Shown here: positions 60,794-64,000 of the stretch, piece by piece
Layout of the letters: each line of letters begins with the position of its first letter
How positions within the stretch are numbered: position 1 is the first letter of the stretch
NCBI GenBank assembly: GCA_964569845.1
Contig: CAZMUQ010000001.1
Coordinates: 70,664 to 134,663 of the forward strand
Direction of reading: 5' to 3'
DNA: 64,000 bases
Source of the DNA: an uncultured Candidatus Bathyarchaeia archaeon
Lineage (GTDB): Archaea; Thermoproteota; Bathyarchaeia; Hecatellales; Hecatellaceae
Made by a program: the position numbers and the translations under genes
The notes under the pieces: generated by a model
The model's database searches: none
The model's input: only the letters and a program-made list of their open reading frames with translations
What the model was told of the DNA's origin: nothing

Positions 60794-61720
60794 TTAACGG
60801 TTTACATATGTTAACCAAAACTCGTAATCTAAGTTTTCACCTCTAACAATCTTTAAATATTCCTGTTGAAGCTTAATAGTTAGTTTTCCAGGTTTTCCAT
60901 CACCAATTCTTCTACCATCAACCTCACAAATAGGGGCTACTTCAGTTGCTGTACCAGTAAAGAAGGCTTCATCAGCATTGTAAAGCATATCCTTATCTAT
61001 ATTTACCTTTTCAACTTTATATCCAAGGTTTTCAGCGATTTTAATGATGCTATCTCTTGTTATGCCTAAAAGTATTGTTGAATCATCTGGCGGAGTATAT
61101 AAAACCTCATTTTTAACTATAAAAATGTTTTCACCTGGACCCTCAGCAATAAACCCGTTTTCATCAAGCATTAAAGCTTCATCATATCCATCCATAACAG
61201 CATCAATCTTGGCAAGTATAGAGTTTACGTATATTCCTGTAGCTTTAACATTCGGGGGGAAAGCTTTCTTTGGAATCCTAGTATAAGGGGAAAGTTTAAC
61301 TTTAACACCTCTTTTAAGGCTTTCCTCCCCGAGGTAAGCCCCCCAAGGCCAAACTGCAATTGCAACTTCAACAGGACTACCTAGGGGGTTAAGACCCATT
61401 TCTCCGTAGCCTCGAAAAACTATAGGCCGTATGTAGCATTCATCTAGATTGTTAACTTTAACAGTTTCAGCAACAGCATCTGAAAGAGTATCAATAGTAT
61501 AGGGAATCTCAATTTTTATAGCCTTAGCAGACCTAAAAAGCCTTTCTATATGGTCTCTTAACCTAAAAATTGCTGGACCTTTAGGGGTTTTATAGCATCT
61601 TATACCCTCAAAAACACCACTACCATAATGGAGTGTATGAGTTAAAACATGGATTTTTGCTTCATTCCATTCGATAAATTTACCATTAAACCATATGTAC
61701 TTAGTTTCACTTACAGGCAT
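60794..61720 (-). CDS. ilvE: branched-chain amino acid aminotransferase
   Basis: PLP fold type IV (YGSGVFEGIRCY and E-x-G-x-N-IF motifs). Confidence 0.85.
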   Translation of the reverse strand: MPVSETKYIWFNGKFIEWNEAKIHVLTHTLHYGSGVFEGIRCYKTPKGPAIFRLRDHIERLFRSAKAIKIEIPYTIDTLSDAVAETVKVNNLDECYIRPIVFRGYGEMGLNPLGSPVEVAIAVWPWGAYLGEESLKRGVKVKLSPYTRIPKKAFPPNVKATGIYVNSILAKIDAVMDGYDEALMLDENGFIAEGPGENIFIVKNEVLYTPPDDSTILLGITRDSIIKIAENLGYKVEKVNIDKDMLYNADEAFFTGTATEVAPICEVDGRRIGDGKPGKLTIKLQQEYLKIVRGENLDYEFWLTYVNR

Positions 61721-61838
61721 AGATTACACCTTAAAGGGAGTTTAACCATTGTGTTTATAAGGTGTTTTACATCCAAAAATATTTTTGGATGTAGGATTTA
61801 AGAGTTGAGGATTATAAATGTTTTAGGTTGAAATAGTA

Positions 61839-62501
61839 TTGACCTTAAAGATTTATGTTGTTATTCCAGTTAAAAGTCTTAAGAATGTTAAAAGTAGACT
61901 TTCAACAATACTTTCAAAGGAAACTCGGCATAGGTTAACATTTAAAATGCTTTTAGATGTACTGCATACAGTTAAACAAGTTAAAAATATTTGGGAGATT
62001 CTGGTTGTAAGTTCGGATAAAAAAATTTTAAATTTTGCTAGGGATCTTGGTGTGGAAACTTTGCAGGAGGAAAAAGATTCCGGTGTAAATTCTGCTATAA
62101 GCTGTGCATTAAATCATCTCCAATATGATGAAGATTCCGCTCTTCTTATCCTACCTTCAGATATACCGCTTATTACACCAAGAGATGTTAATATTGCTAT
62201 TAACCTAGGATTGGAAAAGCAAAGTATTACAATCTCTCCTTCATTAAGATTTGATGGTACTAATCTTCTCTTACTTAATCCTCCAAAAGTTATTCCAACA
62301 TTCTATGAGGATGATAGTTTCCATAAACATGTTGCTGAAGCTTTTAAAAGAAATGTAAAGGTTAAGCTTTATGTTTCATGGAGGGTTATGCTTGATGTTG
62401 ATGAAACTGAAGACCTTAAAATGCTTACTATGATTGATGAAGAAACTTTTACAAGCAGATTTGTAAGTAAAAAGTTTAAGGAGATAGGTTTAAAGCTTTA
62501 A
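61839..62501 (+). CDS. cofC: 2-phospho-L-lactate guanylyltransferase (F420 biosynthesis)
   Basis: 220 aa, MobA-like nucleotidyltransferase with CofC pattern (VIPVK...KSRL...ML.DVL). It is adjacent to cofD. Confidence 0.65.
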   Translation: MTLKIYVVIPVKSLKNVKSRLSTILSKETRHRLTFKMLLDVLHTVKQVKNIWEILVVSSDKKILNFARDLGVETLQEEKDSGVNSAISCALNHLQYDEDSALLILPSDIPLITPRDVNIAINLGLEKQSITISPSLRFDGTNLLLLNPPKVIPTFYEDDSFHKHVAEAFKRNVKVKLYVSWRVMLDVDETEDLKMLTMIDEETFTSRFVSKKFKEIGLKL

Positions 62502-63414
62502 GACAAAATTTTGCAAGCCTAACTTCATCTTTAAGATTTTTCATTAAAATATTTGCTGTTAAACATTTTAAGCCAAGTTTTTCAATCATATCTTTAATTT
62601 TTATATCCCTATTATCGATAACAAAGATTCCAACAAACTCCTTATATAATTCTGCAATTTTAAAGGGTGAAATAGGAGTTAAACCTAAACCTTTCATAAG
62701 AGTTCCAGCAGGTCCACTTACGGGCGAGTTTCCAATTATCGGGGAAACTGCTAAAACTTTACTTTTAAGTTTTCTTAGCTTTTTCAGCATGCCAGGTATA
62801 AGTATGATAGGTTTTATGCTTGTAATAGGATTTGCTGGGCAAACTATTATTCCATCAGATTTTAAAAGAAAATTTAAAGCTTCAATGTTTACTTTAGCCT
62901 TCTCAATACCACTATATTTAACATCTAAGACTTTGACTTTTCCACGTTTTTTAACCCAAAATTCTTGTAGATGAATTTCCTTATTAACAGTTTTTATTCT
63001 TGTTTCAACCCAACTATTTGTTGCTGGAAAAATTTTTACTTTAACATTTAAAGATTTACAAAGAATTTTTGTCACCTCTGTTAAGGTTAAACCTTTAGCT
63101 AAAAGGTTTGTTCTATAAATGTGGGTTGCAAGGTCCATATCTCCAATGTTAAACCATGATTCTAGCTTGTAGCGTTTAAGCATTTTTTGAAAGTTGAATG
63201 TATCCCCTTTAATTCCCCAGCCTCTTTTTTTATCCAGTATACCTGCAAACATGTACATTGTAGTATCTAAATCGGGACATACTGTAAGACCATGAATCTT
63301 GAAGTTATCTCCAACATTAACTATAACTGCCATGTTTTTTTCTGGAACTATTCTTGCTAAACCTCTAAGAAGTTTTGCGGACCCTGTTCCTCCAGCTAAT
63401 ACAGTAATTTTCAA
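62476..63414 (-). CDS. cofD: LPPG:Fo 2-phospho-L-lactate transferase
   Basis: ITVLAGGTGSAKLLRGL N-terminus, CofD/UPF0052 family. Confidence 0.8.
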   Translation of the reverse strand: MKITVLAGGTGSAKLLRGLARIVPEKNMAVIVNVGDNFKIHGLTVCPDLDTTMYMFAGILDKKRGWGIKGDTFNFQKMLKRYKLESWFNIGDMDLATHIYRTNLLAKGLTLTEVTKILCKSLNVKVKIFPATNSWVETRIKTVNKEIHLQEFWVKKRGKVKVLDVKYSGIEKAKVNIEALNFLLKSDGIIVCPANPITSIKPIILIPGMLKKLRKLKSKVLAVSPIIGNSPVSGPAGTLMKGLGLTPISPFKIAELYKEFVGIFVIDNRDIKIKDMIEKLGLKCLTANILMKNLKDEVRLAKFCLKALNLSP

Positions 63415-63416
63415 GT

Positions 63417-64000
63417 TTAACCTTCCCCGCCTAGGATGTTTAAAACAGTCTTATAAACAAGTAAAGTTCCATAGTATAGGTTTCTTATATCTTCATATTC
63501 GTCTTTAACATGAGCTTGACCTTGAGTTCCAGGTCCCATACAAATTGTTGGAATACCTAGCATTTGATTAAAAAATGCAGCATCAACCCAACCTTTAGCT
63601 ATGGATAGTTTAGGTTTAAATTTAATTTGTTTCACAGTTTTTATTGCAGCTTTAACAATTTCATGTTTTAAACTTACAAGGTAGCCTTCATGGAAGGAGT
63701 CTAAATTTATGTTGAAATCTTTTTTTAAAGTTTCTTTTACAAGTTTAAAAATTCTTTTTTCAGCTTTCTCTCTTTTTTCCTTAGGTAAAGCTCTATAATT
63801 TATTGTTAGATTACATTGGTCAGGTATTCTTGTAGCCCAACCATCAGTATTTATTTTTGTTACACTTACAACAGCTTTCTCTTTTAATGGTTTAAGCATT
63901 AAGGGAAGTTTAGCATTTCTTATAGCTTCCACAACGCTTATAGCTCTATAGATTGCATTTACAGCTTTTTCAGGCTCTGATGAGTGGTATGCTTTTCCAT
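63417..64000 (-). CDS. M20-family metallopeptidase (ArgE/DapE/LysK-like), C-terminal part (5' end outside the window)
   Basis: The frame stays open to the window end. It contains GKAYHSSEPEKAVNAI (M20 His/Glu region) and a C-terminal dimerisation domain. Confidence 0.55.
   Translation of the reverse strand, partial: GKAYHSSEPEKAVNAIYRAISVVEAIRNAKLPLMLKPLKEKAVVSVTKINTDGWATRIPDQCNLTINYRALPKEKREKAEKRIFKLVKETLKKDFNINLDSFHEGYLVSLKHEIVKAAIKTVKQIKFKPKLSIAKGWVDAAFFNQMLGIPTICMGPGTQGQAHVKDEYEDIRNLYYGTLLVYKTVLNILGGEG

Noticed and set aside
1-64000. CRISPR array or cas genes
   Set aside because: No run of regularly spaced direct repeats was seen in any intergenic region, and no ORF resembles Cas proteins.

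Overview
The window is an AT-rich archaeal chromosomal segment (I estimate roughly mid-30s % GC; not computed). Archaeal hallmarks include two intron-containing tRNAs, aIF1/SUI1, NAC, A-type ATPase subunit D, family-B DNA polymerase, CDP-archaeol synthase, pyruvoyl-dependent arginine decarboxylase and F420 genes cofC/cofD. It is mostly housekeeping. Positions 1-7200 carry a complete archaeal-type shikimate/chorismate operon (ADH synthase, DHQ synthase II, aroD, aroE, a GHMP-type shikimate kinase, aroA, aroC) preceded by a partial asd. A grpE-dnaK heat-shock pair sits beside a PAC2-like chaperone and a small HSP. Other housekeeping genes include argG, leuCD, a LeuA/CimA-family synthase, ilvE, deoxyhypusine synthase plus agmatinase, a PurP-like gene, and acyl-CoA genes (an acyl-CoA dehydrogenase, a family III CoA-transferase and a 4-hydroxybutyryl-CoA dehydratase-like enzyme). 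Three regions look accessory or decayed. (1) tRNA-Gln through a Thg1-like gene, a LeuA-like gene with a broken 5' end and an intact tyrosine-recombinase gene (10.8-14.7 kb), punctuated by a recurring dyad motif TCCAA-N4-TTGGA that also occurs at 19.07 kb. (2) A gene-poor stretch between an AOR cluster and an ABC transporter (31.6-33.5 kb) holding tRNA-Pro, an intron-containing tRNA-Ser, a frameshifted RHH-like remnant and multi-frame coding debris. (3) A threonine-synthase pseudogene at 7.2-7.8 kb. A 7.5-kb minus-strand cluster couples a tungsten-type aldehyde:ferredoxin oxidoreductase to a polyferredoxin, a flavin disulfide oxidoreductase and a GlcD/GlcF-like 2-hydroxyacid dehydrogenase with an extra CCG Fe-S protein. 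I found no CRISPR array and no obvious complete defence system. The candidate new biology is the tRNA-Gln/integrase island with its dyad motif and the wHTH-nuclease and SWIM/phosphoesterase genes. All calls rest on reading the sequence and ORF translations against family motifs I recognise. No database search was run.
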